Shown: positions 11,723-26,300 of the stretch, piece after piece
Layout of the letters: every line of letters begins with the position of its first letter
How positions within the stretch are numbered: the stretch's first letter is position 1
From: the human T2T-CHM13v2.0 reference genome, Homo sapiens
Direction: 5' to 3' (one strand)
Length of the DNA stretch: 64,000 nt
Assembly: GCF_009914755.1 (NCBI RefSeq)
Contig: NC_060930.1
Translations under genes and position numbers: made by a program
The notes under the pieces: model-generated
The model's database searches: none
The model's input: the letters and a program-made list of their open reading frames with translations, nothing else
Told to the model about the DNA's origin: nothing

Positions 11723-14700
11723 TGTGATGTGTACATTCAACTCACAGAGTGGAACTTTCCTCTTTATAGAGCAGTGTTGAAACACTCTTTTTGTAGAAAC
11801 TGCAAGTGGATATTTGGACCTCTTTGAGGCCTTCGTTGGAAACGGGATTTCTTCCTATAACCCTAGACAGAAGAATTTTCAGAAACCTCATTGTGATGTG
11901 TGCGTTCATCTCACAGAGTGGAGTCTTCCGTTTGATAGAGAAGTTTTGAAACCCTGTTCTTGTAGGATTTCCAAGTGGATATTTAGACCACTTTGAAGCC
12001 TATGATAGAAAAGGAAACATCTTCATGGAAAACATAGATAGAATCATCCTCAGAAACAACTTTGTGATGTGTGCGTTGAACTCACCGTCTTTAACCTTTC
12101 TTTTGGTAGAGAAGTTTTGAAACACTCTCTTTGTAAAGTCTACAAGTGGATATTTTGAGCCCTTGGAGGCATTCTTTGGAAAAGGGAATGTCTTCACATA
12201 AAAGGCAGACGGAAGTGTTCTCAGAAACTGCTTTGTGATGTCTGTGTTCAACTCACAGAGTTTAACATTTCCTTTGATAGAGCGGTTTAGTAACCCTCTC
12301 TTTGTAGAATTTGGAAGTGTATACTAAGAGCGCTTTGAGGCCTATGGTAGAAAAGGAAATATCTTTCCATAAAAGCTAGACAGAAGCAATCTCAGAAACT
12401 CCTCTGTGATGTCTGCATTCAACTCACCGAGTGGAACATTCCTCTTGATAGAGCAGTTTGGAAACACTCTTTCTGTAGAATCAGCTTGTTTGTATTTGGA
12501 CCTCCTTGAGGCCTTCGTTGGAAACGGGTTTTCATCTTATAAACCCAGACAGAAGAATTCTCAGAGTCTTCTTTGTGATGTGTGCTTTCAACTCACCGAG
12601 ATAAAGATTTCTCTTGATAGAGCAATTTGGAAACACTCTTTTTGTAGAATTTGCAAGGGTACATTGAGAGCGCTTTCAGGCCTATGGTAGAAAAGGGAAT
12701 ATCTTTCCATAAAAGGTAGACAGAAGCAATCTCAGAAACTACTTTGTGATGTGTGCATTCAACTCACCGAGTGCAACGTTCCTCTTGACCGAGCAGTTTG
12801 GAAACATTGTTTCTGTAGAATCTGCAAGTGGATATTTGGACCTCTTTGAGGCCTTCGTTGGAAACGGGATTTCTTCCTATAAACCCAGACAGAAGAATTC
12901 TCAGAGACTTCTTTGTGATGTGTGAATTCAACTCACAGTGTGGATCCTTCCTTTTGATAGAGCAGTTTTGAAACCCTGTTTTTGTAGTATTTCCAAGCGG
13001 ATATTCGGAACGCCTTGAAGCGTATGGTAGAAAAGGAAATATCTTCCCATAAAACCTAGACAGAACCAATCTCAGAAACGACTTTGTGATGTCTGCATTC
13101 AAGTCACAGAGTTGAACATTTCTCTTGATAGAGCAGTTTTGAAACCCTCTTTCTGAAGGATCTGCAAGTGGATATTTGGAACTCCTTTGGGTCTTCGTTG
13201 GAAACGGGATTTCTTCGTATAAATCTAGACAGAAGAATTCTCCGAAACTTCTTTGGTTGTGTGCATTCAAGTCACAGAGTGGAACCTTCCTTTGGATAGA
13301 GCAGTTTGAAACGCCGTGGTTGTAGTATTTCCAAGCGGATATTAGAGCGCCTTGAGGCCTATGGTAGAAAAGGAAATATCTTCCCATAAAACCTAGACGG
13401 AAGCAATCTCAGAAACTACTGTGTGATGGCTGCATTCCACACACACGGTGGAACATTTCTCTTGATAGAGCAGTTTTGAAACACTCTTTCTGTAGAATCT
13501 GCAAGTGGATAATTGGACCGCCTTGAGGCCTTCGTTGGAAACGGGATTTCTTCATGTTACTCTAGATAGAAGAATTCTCAAACACTGCTATGTGATGTTT
13601 GCATTCAAGTCACAGAGTGCAACATTCCTCTTGGTAGAGCAGTTGGGAAACACTCCTTTTGTAGAATCTGCAATGGGATATTTGGACTTCTTTGAGGCCT
13701 TCGTTGGAAACGGGATTTCTTCGTATGAATCTAGACAGAAGAATTCTCAGAAACTTCCTTGTGATGTGTGCATTCAACTCAGCGAGTGGCACCTTCCTTT
13801 GGATACAGCAGTTTTGAAACACTGTTTTTGTAGTATTTCCAAGCGGATATTTAGAGCGCCTTGAAGCCTATGCTAGAAATGGAAATATCTCCCCATAAAA
13901 CCAAGACAGAAGCAATCTCAGAAACTAATGTGTGATGGCTGCATTCCACACACACGGTGGACCATTTCTCTTGATAGAGCAGTTTTGAAACACTCTTTCT
14001 GTAGAATCTGCAAGTGGATAATTGGACCTCCTAGAGGCCTTCGTTGGAAACGGGATTTCTTCATCTAAACCTACAGAGAAGAATTCTCAGTAACTTCTTC
14101 GGATGTGTGCATTCGACGCACAGAATGGAACATTCCCTTTGATAGAGCAGTTTTGAGACACCGTTTTTGTAGAATTCCCAAGTGGATATTTAGAGCACTT
14201 TGAAGTCTCTGCTAGAAAAGGAAACATCTTCATGTAAAAAGTAGATAGAATCGTTCTCAGAAAGTGCTTAGTGACGTGTGCGTTCAACTCACAGAGTTTA
14301 ACGTTTCTTTTGATAGAGCGTTTCTGAAACACCCTTCTTGTAGTAGCTGCAAGTGGATATTTGGACCTATTGGAGGCCTTCTTTGGAAATGGGATTTCTT
14401 CATGTAACTCTAGATTGAAGAGTTCTCAGAAACTCCTTTGTGATGTGTGCATTCAATTCAAAGAGTGAAACCTCCCTTTTCACAGAGCAGTTTTGAAACA
14501 CTGTTTTTGTAGGATTTCCAAGGGGATATTTATAGCGCATTGAGCCTACGGCGGAAAAAGAAACATCTTCCTATAAAAACTAGACAGAATACTTCTCAGA
14601 ATCTGCTTTGCGATGTGTGCGTTCAACTCACAGAGTAAAACTTTTCTTTTGATAGAGCAGTTTTGAAACACTCTTTTTGTAGTATTTGCATGTGTATATT

Positions 14701-14779
14701 TAGAGCGCATTGAAGCCCACAGTAGAAAAGGAAATAACTTCACCTAAAACCTAGACAGAAGCAATCTCAGAAACTACTT
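11723..14779 (+). repeat. HOR unit 5: 18-mer with m5 variant alleles
   Basis: 3057-bp period. CTCCTCTGTGATG (12404 C, 12407 T) and CTTGATAGAG (12449 T) replace CTCCTTTGCGATG and CTTGAGAGAG. Confidence 0.93.
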
Positions 14780-17330
14780 TGTGATGTGTACATTCAACTC
14801 ACAGAGTGGAACTTTCCTCTTTATAGAGCAGTGTTGAAACACTCTTTTTGTAGAAACTGCAAGTGGATATTTGGACCTCTTTGAGGCCTTCGTTGGAAAC
14901 GGGATTTCTTCCTATAACCCTAGACAGAAGAATTTTCAGAAACCTCATTGTGATGTGTGCGTTCATCTCACAGAGTGGAGTCTTCCGTTTGATAGAGAAG
15001 TTTTGAAACCCTGTTCTTGTAGGATTTCCAAGTGGATATTTAGACCACTTTGAAGCCTATGATAGAAAAGGAAACATCTTCATGGAAAACATAGATAGAA
15101 TCATCCTCAGAAACAACTTTGTGATGTGTGCGTTGAACTCACCGTCTTTAACCTTTCTTTTGGTAGAGAAGTTTTGAAACACTCTCTTTGTAAAGTCTAC
15201 AAGTGGATATTTTGAGCCCTTGGAGGCATTCTTTGGAAAAGGGAATGTCTTCACATAAAAGGCAGACGGAAGTGTTCTCAGAAACTGCTTTGTGATGTCT
15301 GTGTTCAACTCACAGAGTTTAACATTTCCTTTGATAGAGCGGTTTAGTAACCCTCTCTTTGTAGAATTTGGAAGTGTATACTAAGAGCGCTTTGAGGCCT
15401 ATGGTAGAAAAGGAAATATCTTTCCATAAAAGCTAGACAGAAGCAATCTCAGAAACTCCTTTGCGATGTCTGCATTCAACTCACCGAGTGGAACATTCCT
15501 CTTGAGAGAGCAGTTTGGAAACACTCTTTCTGTAGAATCAGCTTGTTTGTATTTGGACCTCCTTGAGGCCTTCGTTGGAAACGGGTTTTCATCTTATAAA
15601 CCCAGACAGAAGAATTCTCAGAGTCTTCTTTGTGATGTGTGCTTTCAACTCACCGAGATAAAGATTTCTCTTGATAGAGCAATTTGGAAACACTCTTTTT
15701 GTAGAATTTGCAAGGGTACATTGAGAGCGCTTTCAGGCCTATGGTAGAAAAGGGAATATCTTTCCATAAAAGGTAGACAGAAGCAATCTCAGAAACTACT
15801 TTGTGATGTGTGCATTCAACTCACCGAGTGCAACGTTCCTCTTGACCGAGCAGTTTGGAAACATTGTTTCTGTAGAATCTGCAAGTGGATATTTGGACCT
15901 CTTTGAGGCCTTCGTTGGAAACGGGATTTCTTCCTATAAACCCAGACAGAAGAATTCTCAGAGACTTCTTTGTGATGTGTGAATTCAACTCACAGTGTGG
16001 ATCCTTCCTTTTGATAGAGCAGTTTTGAAACCCTGTTTTTGTAGTATTTCCAAGCGGATATTTGGAACGCCTTGAAGCGTATGGTAGAAAAGGAAATATC
16101 TTCCCATAAAACCTAGACAGAACCAATCTCAGAAACGACTTTGTGATGTCTGCATTCAAGTCACAGAGTTGAACATTTCTCTTGATAGAGCAGTTTTGAA
16201 ACCCTCTTTCTGAAGGATCTGCAAGTGGATATTTGGAACTCCTTTGGGTCTTCGTTGGAAACGGGATTTCTTCGTATAAATCTAGACAGAAGAATTCTCA
16301 GAAACTTCCTTGTGATGTGTGCATTCAACTCAGCGAGTGGCACCTTCCTTTGGATACAGCAGTTTTGAAACACTGTTTTTGTAGTATTTCCAAGCGGATA
16401 TTTAGAGCGCCTTGAAGCCTATGCTAGAAATGGAAATATCTCCCCATAAAACCAAGACGGAAGCAATCTCAGAAACTAATGTGTGATGGCTGCATTCCAC
16501 ACACACGGTGGACCATTTCTCTTGATAGAGCAGTTTTGAAACACTCTTTCTGTAGAATCTGCAAGTGGATAATTGGACCTCCGAGAGGCCTTCGTTGGAA
16601 ACGGGATTTCTTCATCTAAACCTACAGAGAAGTATTCTCAGTAACTTCTTCGGATGTGTGCATTCGACGCACAGAATGGAACATTCCCTTTGATAGAGCA
16701 GTTTTGAGACACCGTTTTTGTAGAATTCCCAAGTGGATATTTAGAGCACTTTGAAGTCTCTGCTAGAAAAGGAAACATCATCATGTAAAAAGTAGATAGA
16801 ATCGTTCTCAGAAAGTGCTTAGTGTCGTGTGCGTTCAACTCACAGAGTTTAACGTTTCTTTTGATAGAGCGTTTCTGAAACACCCTTCTTGTAGTAGCTG
16901 CAAGTGGATATTTGGACCTATTGGAGGCCTTCTTTGGAAACGGGATTTCTTCATGTAACTCTAGATTGAAGAATTCTCAGAAACTCCTTTGTGATGTGTG
17001 CATTCAATTCAAAGAGTGAAACCTCTCTTTTCACAGAGCAGTTTTGAAACACTGTTTTTGTAGGATTTCCAAGGGGATATTTATAGCGCATTGAGCCTAC
17101 GGCGGAAAAAGAAACATCTTCCTATAAAAACTAGACAGAATACTTCTCAGAATCTGCTTTGCGATGTGTGCGTTCAACTCACAGAGTAAAACTTTTCTTT
17201 TGATAGAGCAGTTTTGAAACACTCTTTTTGTAGTATTTGCATGTGTATATTTAGAGCGCATTGAAGCCCACAGTAGAAAAGGAAATAACTTCACCTAAAA
17301 CCTAGACAGAAGCAATCTCAGAAACTACTT
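14780..17330 (+). repeat. HOR unit 6: 15-mer deletion variant (2551 bp)
   Basis: 14871 to 17422 = 2551 bp; same junction at 16279-16299. Confidence 0.95.
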
Positions 17331-20300
17331 TGTGATGTGTACATTCAACTCACAGAGTGGAACTTTCCTCTTTATAGAGCAGTGTTGAAACACTCTTTTT
17401 GTAGAAACTGCAAGTGGATATTTGGACCTCTTTGAGGCCTTCGTTGGAAACGGGATTTCTTCCTATAACCCTAGACAGAAGAATTTTCAGAAACCTCATT
17501 GTGATGTGTGCGTTCATCTCACAGAGTGGAGTCTTCCGTTTGATAGAGAAGTTTTGAAACCCTGTTCTTGTAGGATTTCCAAGTGGATATTTAGACCACT
17601 TTGAAGCCTATGATAGAAAAGGAAACATCTTCATGGAAAACATAGATAGAATCATCCTCAGAAACAACTTTGTGATGTGTGCGTTGAACTCACCGTCTTT
17701 AACCTTTCTTTTGGTAGAGAAGTTTTGAAACACTCTCTTTGTAAAGTCTACAAGTGGATATTTTGAGCCCTTGGAGGCATTCTTTGGAAAAGGGAATGTC
17801 TTCACATAAAAGGCAGACGGAAGTGTTCTCAGAAACTGCTTTGTGATGTCTGTGTTCAACTCACAGAGTTTAACATTTCCTTTGATAGAGCGGTTTAGTA
17901 ACCCTCTCTTTGTAGAATTTGGAAGTGTATACTAAGAGCGCTTTGAGGCCTATGGTAGAAAAGGAAATATCTTTCCATAAAAGCTAGACAGAAGCAATCT
18001 CAGAAACTCCTTTGCGATGTCTGCATTCAACTCACCGAGTGGAACATTCCTCTTGAGAGAGCAGTTTGGAAACACTCTTTCTGTAGAATCAGCTTGTTTG
18101 TATTTGGACCTCCTTGAGGCCTTCGTTGGAAACGGGTTTTCATCTTATAAACCCAGACAGAAGAATTCTCAGAGTCTTCTTTGTGATGTGTGCTTTCAAC
18201 TCACCGAGATAAAGATTTCTCTTGATAGAGCAATTTGGAAACACTCTTTTTGTAGAATTTGCAAGGGTACATTGAGAGCGCTTTCAGGCCTATGGTAGAA
18301 AAGGGAATATCTTTCCATAAAAGGTAGACAGAAGCAATCTCAGAAACTACTTTGTGATGTGTGCATTCAACTCACCGAGTGCAACGTTCCTCTTGACCGA
18401 GCAGTTTGGAAACATTGTTTCTGTAGAATCTGCAAGTGGATATTTGGACCTCTTTGAGGCCTTCGTTGGAAACGGGATTTCTTCCTATAAACCCAGACAG
18501 AAGAATTCTCAGAGACTTCTTTGTGATGTGTGAATTCAACTCACAGTGTGGATCCTTCCTTTTGATAGAGCAGTTTTGAAACCCTGTTTTTGTAGTATTT
18601 CCAAGCGGATATTCGGAACGCCTTGAAGCGTATGGTAGAAAAGGAAATATCTTCCCATAAAACCTAGACAGAACCAATCTCAGAAACGACTTTGTGATGT
18701 CTGCATTCAAGTCACAGAGTTGAACATTTCTCTTGATAGAGCAGTTTTGAAACCCTCTTTCTGAAGGATCTGCAAGTGGATATTTGGAACTCCTTTGGGT
18801 CTTCGTTGGAAACGGGATTTCTTCGTATAAATCTAGACAGAAGAATTCTCCGAAACTTCTTTGGTTGTGTGCATTCAAGTCACAGAGTGGAACCTTCCTT
18901 TGGATAGAGCAGTTTGAAACGCCGTGGTTGTAGTATTTCCAAGCGGATATTAGAGCGCCTTGAGGCCTATGGTAGAAAAGGAAATATCTTCCCATAAAAC
19001 CTAGACGGAAGCAATCTCAGAAACTACTGTGTGATGGCTGCATTCCACACACACGGTGGAACATTTCTCTTGATAGAGCAGTTTTGAAACACTCTTTCTG
19101 TAGAATCTGCAAGTGGATAATTGGACCGCCTTGAGGCCTTCGTTGGAAACGGGATTTCTTCATGTTACTCTAGATAGAAGAATTCTCAAACACTGCTATG
19201 TGATGTTTGCATTCAAGTCACAGAGTGCAACATTCCTCTTGGTAGAGCAGTTGGGAAACACTCCTTTTGTAGAATCTGCAATGGGATATTTGGACTTCTT
19301 TGAGGCCTTCGTTGGAAACGGGATTTCTTCGTATGAATCTAGACAGAAGAATTCTCAGAAACTTCCTTGTGATGTGTGCATTCAACTCAGCGAGTGGCAC
19401 CTTCCTTTGGATACAGCAGTTTTGAAACACTGTTTTTGTAGTATTTCCAAGCGGATATTTAGAGCGCCTTGAAGCCTATGCTAGAAATGGAAATATCTCC
19501 CCATAAAACCAAGACAGAAGCAATCTCAGAAACTAATGTGTGATGGCTGCATTCCACACACACGGTGGACCATTTCTCTTGATAGAGCAGTTTTGAAACA
19601 CTCTTTCTGTAGAATCTGCAAGTGGATAATTGGACCTCCTAGAGGCCTTCGTTGGAAACGGGATTTCTTCATCTAAACCTACAGAGAAGAATTCTCAGTA
19701 ACTTCTTCGGATGTGTGCATTCGACGCACAGAATGGAACATTCCCTTTGATAGAGCAGTTTTGAGACACCGTTTTTGTAGAATTCCCAAGTGGATATTTA
19801 GAGCACTTTGAAGTCTCTGCTAGAAAAGGAAACATCTTCATGTAAAAAGTAGATAGAATCGTTCTCAGAAAGTGCTTAGTGACGTGTGCGTTCAACTCAC
19901 AGAGTTTAACGTTTCTTTTGATAGAGCGTTTCTGAAACACCCTTCTTGTAGTAGCTGCAAGTGGATATTTGGACCTATTGGAGGCCTTCTTTGGAAATGG
20001 GATTTCTTCATGTAACTCTAGATTGAAGAGTTCTCAGAAACTCCTTTGTGATGTGTGCATTCAATTCAAAGAGTGAAACCTCCCTTTTCACAGAGCAGTT
20101 TTGAAACACTGTTTTTGTAGGATTTCCAAGGGGATATTTATAGCGCATTGAGCCTACGGCGGAAAAAGAAACATCTTCCTATAAAAACTAGACAGAATAC
20201 TTCTCAGAATCTGCTTTGCGATGTGTGCGTTCAACTCACAGAGTAAAACTTTTCTTTTGATAGAGCAGTTTTGAAACACTCTTTTTGTAGTATTTGCATG

Positions 20301-23300
20301 TGTATATTTAGAGCGCATTGAAGCCCACAGTAGAAAAGGAAATAACTTCACCTAAAACCTAGACAGAAGCAATCTCAGAAACTACTTTGTGATGTGTACA
20401 TTCAACTCACAGAGTGGAACTTTCCTCTTTATAGAGCAGTGTTGAAACACTCTTTTTGTAGAAACTGCAAGTGGATATTTGGACCTCTTTGAGGCCTTCG
20501 TTGGAAACGGGATTTCTTCCTATAACCCTAGACAGAAGAATTTTCAGAAACCTCATTGTGATGTGTGCGTTCATCTCACAGAGTGGAGTCTTCCGTTTGA
20601 TAGAGAAGTTTTGAAACCCTGTTCTTGTAGGATTTCCAAGTGGATATTTAGACCACTTTGAAGCCTATGATAGAAAAGGAAACATCTTCATGGAAAACAT
20701 AGATAGAATCATCCTCAGAAACAACTTTGTGATGTGTGCGTTGAACTCACCGTCTTTAACCTTTCTTTTGGTAGAGAAGTTTTGAAACACTCTCTTTGTA
20801 AAGTCTACAAGTGGATATTTTGAGCCCTTGGAGGCATTCTTTGGAAAAGGGAATGTCTTCACATAAAAGGCAGACGGAAGTGTTCTCAGAAACTGCTTTG
20901 TGATGTCTGTGTTCAACTCACAGAGTTTAACATTTCCTTTGATAGAGCGGTTTAGTAACCCTCTCTTTGTAGAATTTGGAAGTGTATACTAAGAGCGCTT
21001 TGAGGCCTATGGTAGAAAAGGAAATATCTTTCCATAAAAGCTAGACAGAAGCAATCTCAGAAACTCCTTTGCGATGTCTGCATTCAACTCACCGAGTGGA
21101 ACATTCCTCTTGAGAGAGCAGTTTGGAAACACTCTTTCTGTAGAATCAGCTTGTTTGTATTTGGACCTCCTTGAGGCCTTCGTTGGAAACGGGTTTTCAT
21201 CTTATAAACCCAGACAGAAGAATTCTCAGAGTCTTCTTTGTGATGTGTGCTTTCAACTCACCGAGATAAAGATTTCTCTTGATAGAGCAATTTGGAAACA
21301 CTCTTTTTGTAGAATTTGCAAGGGTACATTGAGAGCGCTTTCAGGCCTATGGTAGAAAAGGGAATATCTTTCCATAAAAGGTAGACAGAAGCAATCTCAG
21401 AAACTACTTTGTGATGTGTGCATTCAACTCACCGAGTGCAACGTTCCTCTTGACCGAGCAGTTTGGAAACATTGTTTCTGTAGAATCTGCAAGTGGATAT
21501 TTGGACCTCTTTGAGGCCTTCGTTGGAAACGGGATTTCTTCCTATAAACCCAGACAGAAGAATTCTCAGAGACTTCTTTGTGATGTGTGAATTCAACTCA
21601 CAGTGTGGATCCTTCCTTTTGATAGAGCAGTTTTGAAACCCTGTTTTTGTAGTATTTCCAAGCGGATATTTGGAACGCCTTGAAGCGTATGGTAGAAAAG
21701 GAAATATCTTCCCATAAAACCTAGACAGAACCAATCTCAGAAACGACTTTGTGATGTCTGCATTCAAGTCACAGAGTTGAACATTTCTCTTGATAGAGCA
21801 GTTTTGAAACCCTCTTTCTGAAGGATCTGCAAGTGGATATTTGGAACTCCTTTGGGTCTTCGTTGGAAACGGGATTTCTTCGTATAAATCTAGACAGAAG
21901 AATTCTCCGAAACTTCTTTGGTTGTGTGCATTCAAGTCACAGAGTGGAACCTTCCTTTGGATAGAGCAGTTTGAAACGCCGTGGTTGTAGTATTTCCAAG
22001 CGGATATTAGAGCGCCTTGAGGCCTATGGTAGAAAAGGAAATATCTTCCCATAAAACCTAGACGGAAGCAATCTCAGAAACTACTGTGTGATGGCTGCAT
22101 TCCACACACACGGTGGAACATTTCTCTTGATAGAGCAGTTTTGAAACACTCTTTCTGTAGAATCTGCAAGTGGATAATTGGACCGCCTTGAGGCCTTCGT
22201 TGGAAACGGGATTTCTTCATGTTACTCTAGATAGAAGAATTCTCAAACACTGCTATGTGATGTTTGCATTCAAGTCACAGAGTGCAACATTCCTCTTGGT
22301 AGAGCAGTTGGGAAACACTCCTTTTGTAGAATCTGCAATGGGATATTTGGACTTCTTTGAGGCCTTCGTTGGAAACGGGATTTCTTCGTATGAATCTAGA
22401 CAGAAGAATTCTCAGAAACTTCCTTGTGATGTGTGCATTCAACTCAGCGAGTGGCACCTTCCTTTGGATACAGCAGTTTTGAAACACTGTTTTTGTAGTA
22501 TTTCCAAGCGGATATTTAGAGCGCCTTGAAGCCTATGCTAGAAATGGAAATATCTCCCCATAAAACCAAGACAGAAGCAATCTCAGAAACTAATGTGTGA
22601 TGGCTGCATTCCACACACACGGTGGACCATTTCTCTTGATAGAGCAGTTTTGAAACACTCTTTCTGTAGAATCTGCAAGTGGATAATTGGACCTCCTAGA
22701 GGCCTTCGTTGGAAACGGGATTTCTTCATCTAAACCTACAGAGAAGAATTCTCAGTAACTTCTTCGGATGTGTGCATTCGACGCACAGAATGGAACATTC
22801 CCTTTGATAGAGCAGTTTTGAGACACCGTTTTTGTAGAATTCCCAAGTGGATATTTAGAGCACTTTGAAGTCTCTGCTAGAAAAGGAAACATCTTCATGT
22901 AAAAAGTAGATAGAATCGTTCTCAGAAAGTGCTTAGTGACGTGTGCGTTCAACTCACAGAGTTTAACGTTTCTTTTGATAGAGCGTTTCTGAAACACCCT
23001 TCTTGTAGTAGCTGCAAGTGGATATTTGGACCTATTGGAGGCCTTCTTTGGAAATGGGATTTCTTCATGTAACTCTAGATTGAAGAGTTCTCAGAAACTC
23101 CTTTGTGATGTGTGCATTCAATTCAAAGAGTGAAACCTCCCTTTTCACAGAGCAGTTTTGAAACACTGTTTTTGTAGGATTTCCAAGGGGATATTTATAG
23201 CGCATTGAGCCTACGGCGGAAAAAGAAACATCTTCCTATAAAAACTAGACAGAATACTTCTCAGAATCTGCTTTGCGATGTGTGCGTTCAACTCACAGAG

Positions 23301-26300
23301 TAAAACTTTTCTTTTGATAGAGCAGTTTTGAAACACTCTTTTTGTAGTATTTGCATGTGTATATTTAGAGCGCATTGAAGCCCACAGTAGAAAAGGAAAT
23401 AACTTCACCTAAAACCTAGACAGAAGCAATCTCAGAAACTACTTTGTGATGTGTACATTCAACTCACAGAGTGGAACTTTCCTCTTTATAGAGCAGTGTT
23501 GAAACACTCTTTTTGTAGAAACTGCAAGTGGATATTTGGACCTCTTTGAGGCCTTCGTTGGAAACGGGATTTCTTCCTATAACCCTAGACAGAAGAATTT
23601 TCAGAAACCTCATTGTGATGTGTGCGTTCATCTCACAGAGTGGAGTCTTCCGTTTGATAGAGAAGTTTTGAAACCCTGTTCTTGTAGGATTTCCAAGTGG
23701 ATATTTAGACCACTTTGAAGCCTATGATAGAAAAGGAAACATCTTCATGGAAAACATAGATAGAATCATCCTCAGAAACAACTTTGTGATGTGTGCGTTG
23801 AACTCACCGTCTTTAACCTTTCTTTTGGTAGAGAAGTTTTGAAACACTCTCTTTGTAAAGTCTACAAGTGGATATTTTGAGCCCTTGGAGGCATTCTTTG
23901 GAAAAGGGAATGTCTTCACATAAAAGGCAGACGGAAGTGTTCTCAGAAACTGCTTTGTGATGTCTGTGTTCAACTCACAGAGTTTAACATTTCCTTTGAT
24001 AGAGCGGTTTAGTAACCCTCTCTTTGTAGAATTTGGAAGTGTATACTAAGAGCGCTTTGAGGCCTATGGTAGAAAAGGAAATATCTTTCCATAAAAGCTA
24101 GACAGAAGCAATCTCAGAAACTCCTTTGCGATGTCTGCATTCAACTCACCGAGTGGAACATTCCTCTTGAGAGAGCAGTTTGGAAACACTCTTTCTGTAG
24201 AATCAGCTTGTTTGTATTTGGACCTCCTTGAGGCCTTCGTTGGAAACGGGTTTTCATCTTATAAACCCAGACAGAAGAATTCTCAGAGTCTTCTTTGTGA
24301 TGTGTGCTTTCAACTCACCGAGATAAAGATTTCTCTTGATAGAGCAATTTGGAAACACTCTTTTTGTAGAATTTGCAAGGGTACATTGAGAGCGCTTTCA
24401 GGCCTATGGTAGAAAAGGGAATATCTTTCCATAAAAGGTAGACAGAAGCAATCTCAGAAACTACTTTGTGATGTGTGCATTCAACTCACCGAGTGCAACG
24501 TTCCTCTTGACCGAGCAGTTTGGAAACATTGTTTCTGTAGAATCTGCAAGTGGATATTTGGACCTCTTTGAGGCCTTCGTTGGAAACGGGATTTCTTCCT
24601 ATAAACCCAGACAGAAGAATTCTCAGAGACTTCTTTGTGATGTGTGAATTCAACTCACAGTGTGGATCCTTCCTTTTGATAGAGCAGTTTTGAAACCCTG
24701 TTTTTGTAGTATTTCCAAGCGGATATTCGGAACGCCTTGAAGCGTATGGTAGAAAAGGAAATATCTTCCCATAAAACCTAGACAGAACCAATCTCAGAAA
24801 CGACTTTGTGATGTCTGCATTCAAGTCACAGAGTTGAACATTTCTCTTGATAGAGCAGTTTTGAAACCCTCTTTCTGAAGGATCTGCAAGTGGATATTTG
24901 GAACTCCTTTGGGTCTTCGTTGGAAACGGGATTTCTTCGTATAAATCTAGACAGAAGAATTCTCCGAAACTTCTTTGGTTGTGTGCATTCAAGTCACAGA
25001 GTGGAACCTTCCTTTGGATAGAGCAGTTTGAAACGCCGTGGTTGTAGTATTTCCAAGCGGATATTAGAGCGCCTTGAGGCCTATGGTAGAAAAGGAAATA
25101 TCTTCCCATAAAACCTAGACGGAAGCAATCTCAGAAACTACTGTGTGATGGCTGCATTCCACACACACGGTGGAACATTTCTCTTGATAGAGCAGTTTTG
25201 AAACACTCTTTCTGTAGAATCTGCAAGTGGATAATTGGACCGCCTTGAGGCCTTCGTTGGAAACGGGATTTCTTCATGTTACTCTAGATAGAAGAATTCT
25301 CAAACACTGCTATGTGATGTTTGCATTCAAGTCACAGAGTGCAACATTCCTCTTGGTAGAGCAGTTGGGAAACACTCCTTTTGTAGAATCTGCAATGGGA
25401 TATTTGGACTTCTTTGAGGCCTTCGTTGGAAACGGGATTTCTTCGTATGAATCTAGACAGAAGAATTCTCAGAAACTTCCTTGTGATGTGTGCATTCAAC
25501 TCAGCGAGTGGCACCTTCCTTTGGATACAGCAGTTTTGAAACACTGTTTTTGTAGTATTTCCAAGCGGATATTTAGAGCGCCTTGAAGCCTATGCTAGAA
25601 ATGGAAATATCTCCCCATAAAACCAAGACAGAAGCAATCTCAGAAACTAATGTGTGATGGCTGCATTCCACACACACGGTGGACCATTTCTCTTGATAGA
25701 GCAGTTTTGAAACACTCTTTCTGTAGAATCTGCAAGTGGATAATTGGACCTCCTAGAGGCCTTCGTTGGAAACGGGATTTCTTCATCTAAACCTACAGAG
25801 AAGAATTCTCAGTAACTTCTTCGGATGTGTGCATTCGACGCACAGAATGGAACATTCCCTTTGATAGAGCAGTTTTGAGACACCGTTTTTGTAGAATTCC
25901 CAAGTGGATATTTAGAGCACTTTGAAGTCTCTGCTAGAAAAGGAAACATCTTCATGTAAAAAGTAGATAGAATCGTTCTCAGAAAGTGCTTAGTGACGTG
26001 TGCGTTCAACTCACAGAGTTTAACGTTTCTTTTGATAGAGCGTTTCTGAAACACCCTTCTTGTAGTAGCTGCAAGTGGATATTTGGACCTATTGGAGGCC
26101 TTCTTTGGAAATGGGATTTCTTCATGTAACTCTAGATTGAAGAGTTCTCAGAAACTCCTTTGTGATGTGTGCATTCAATTCAAAGAGTGAAACCTCCCTT
26201 TTCACAGAGCAGTTTTGAAACACTGTTTTTGTAGGATTTCCAAGGGGATATTTATAGCGCATTGAGCCTACGGCGGAAAAAGAAACATCTTCCTATAAAA

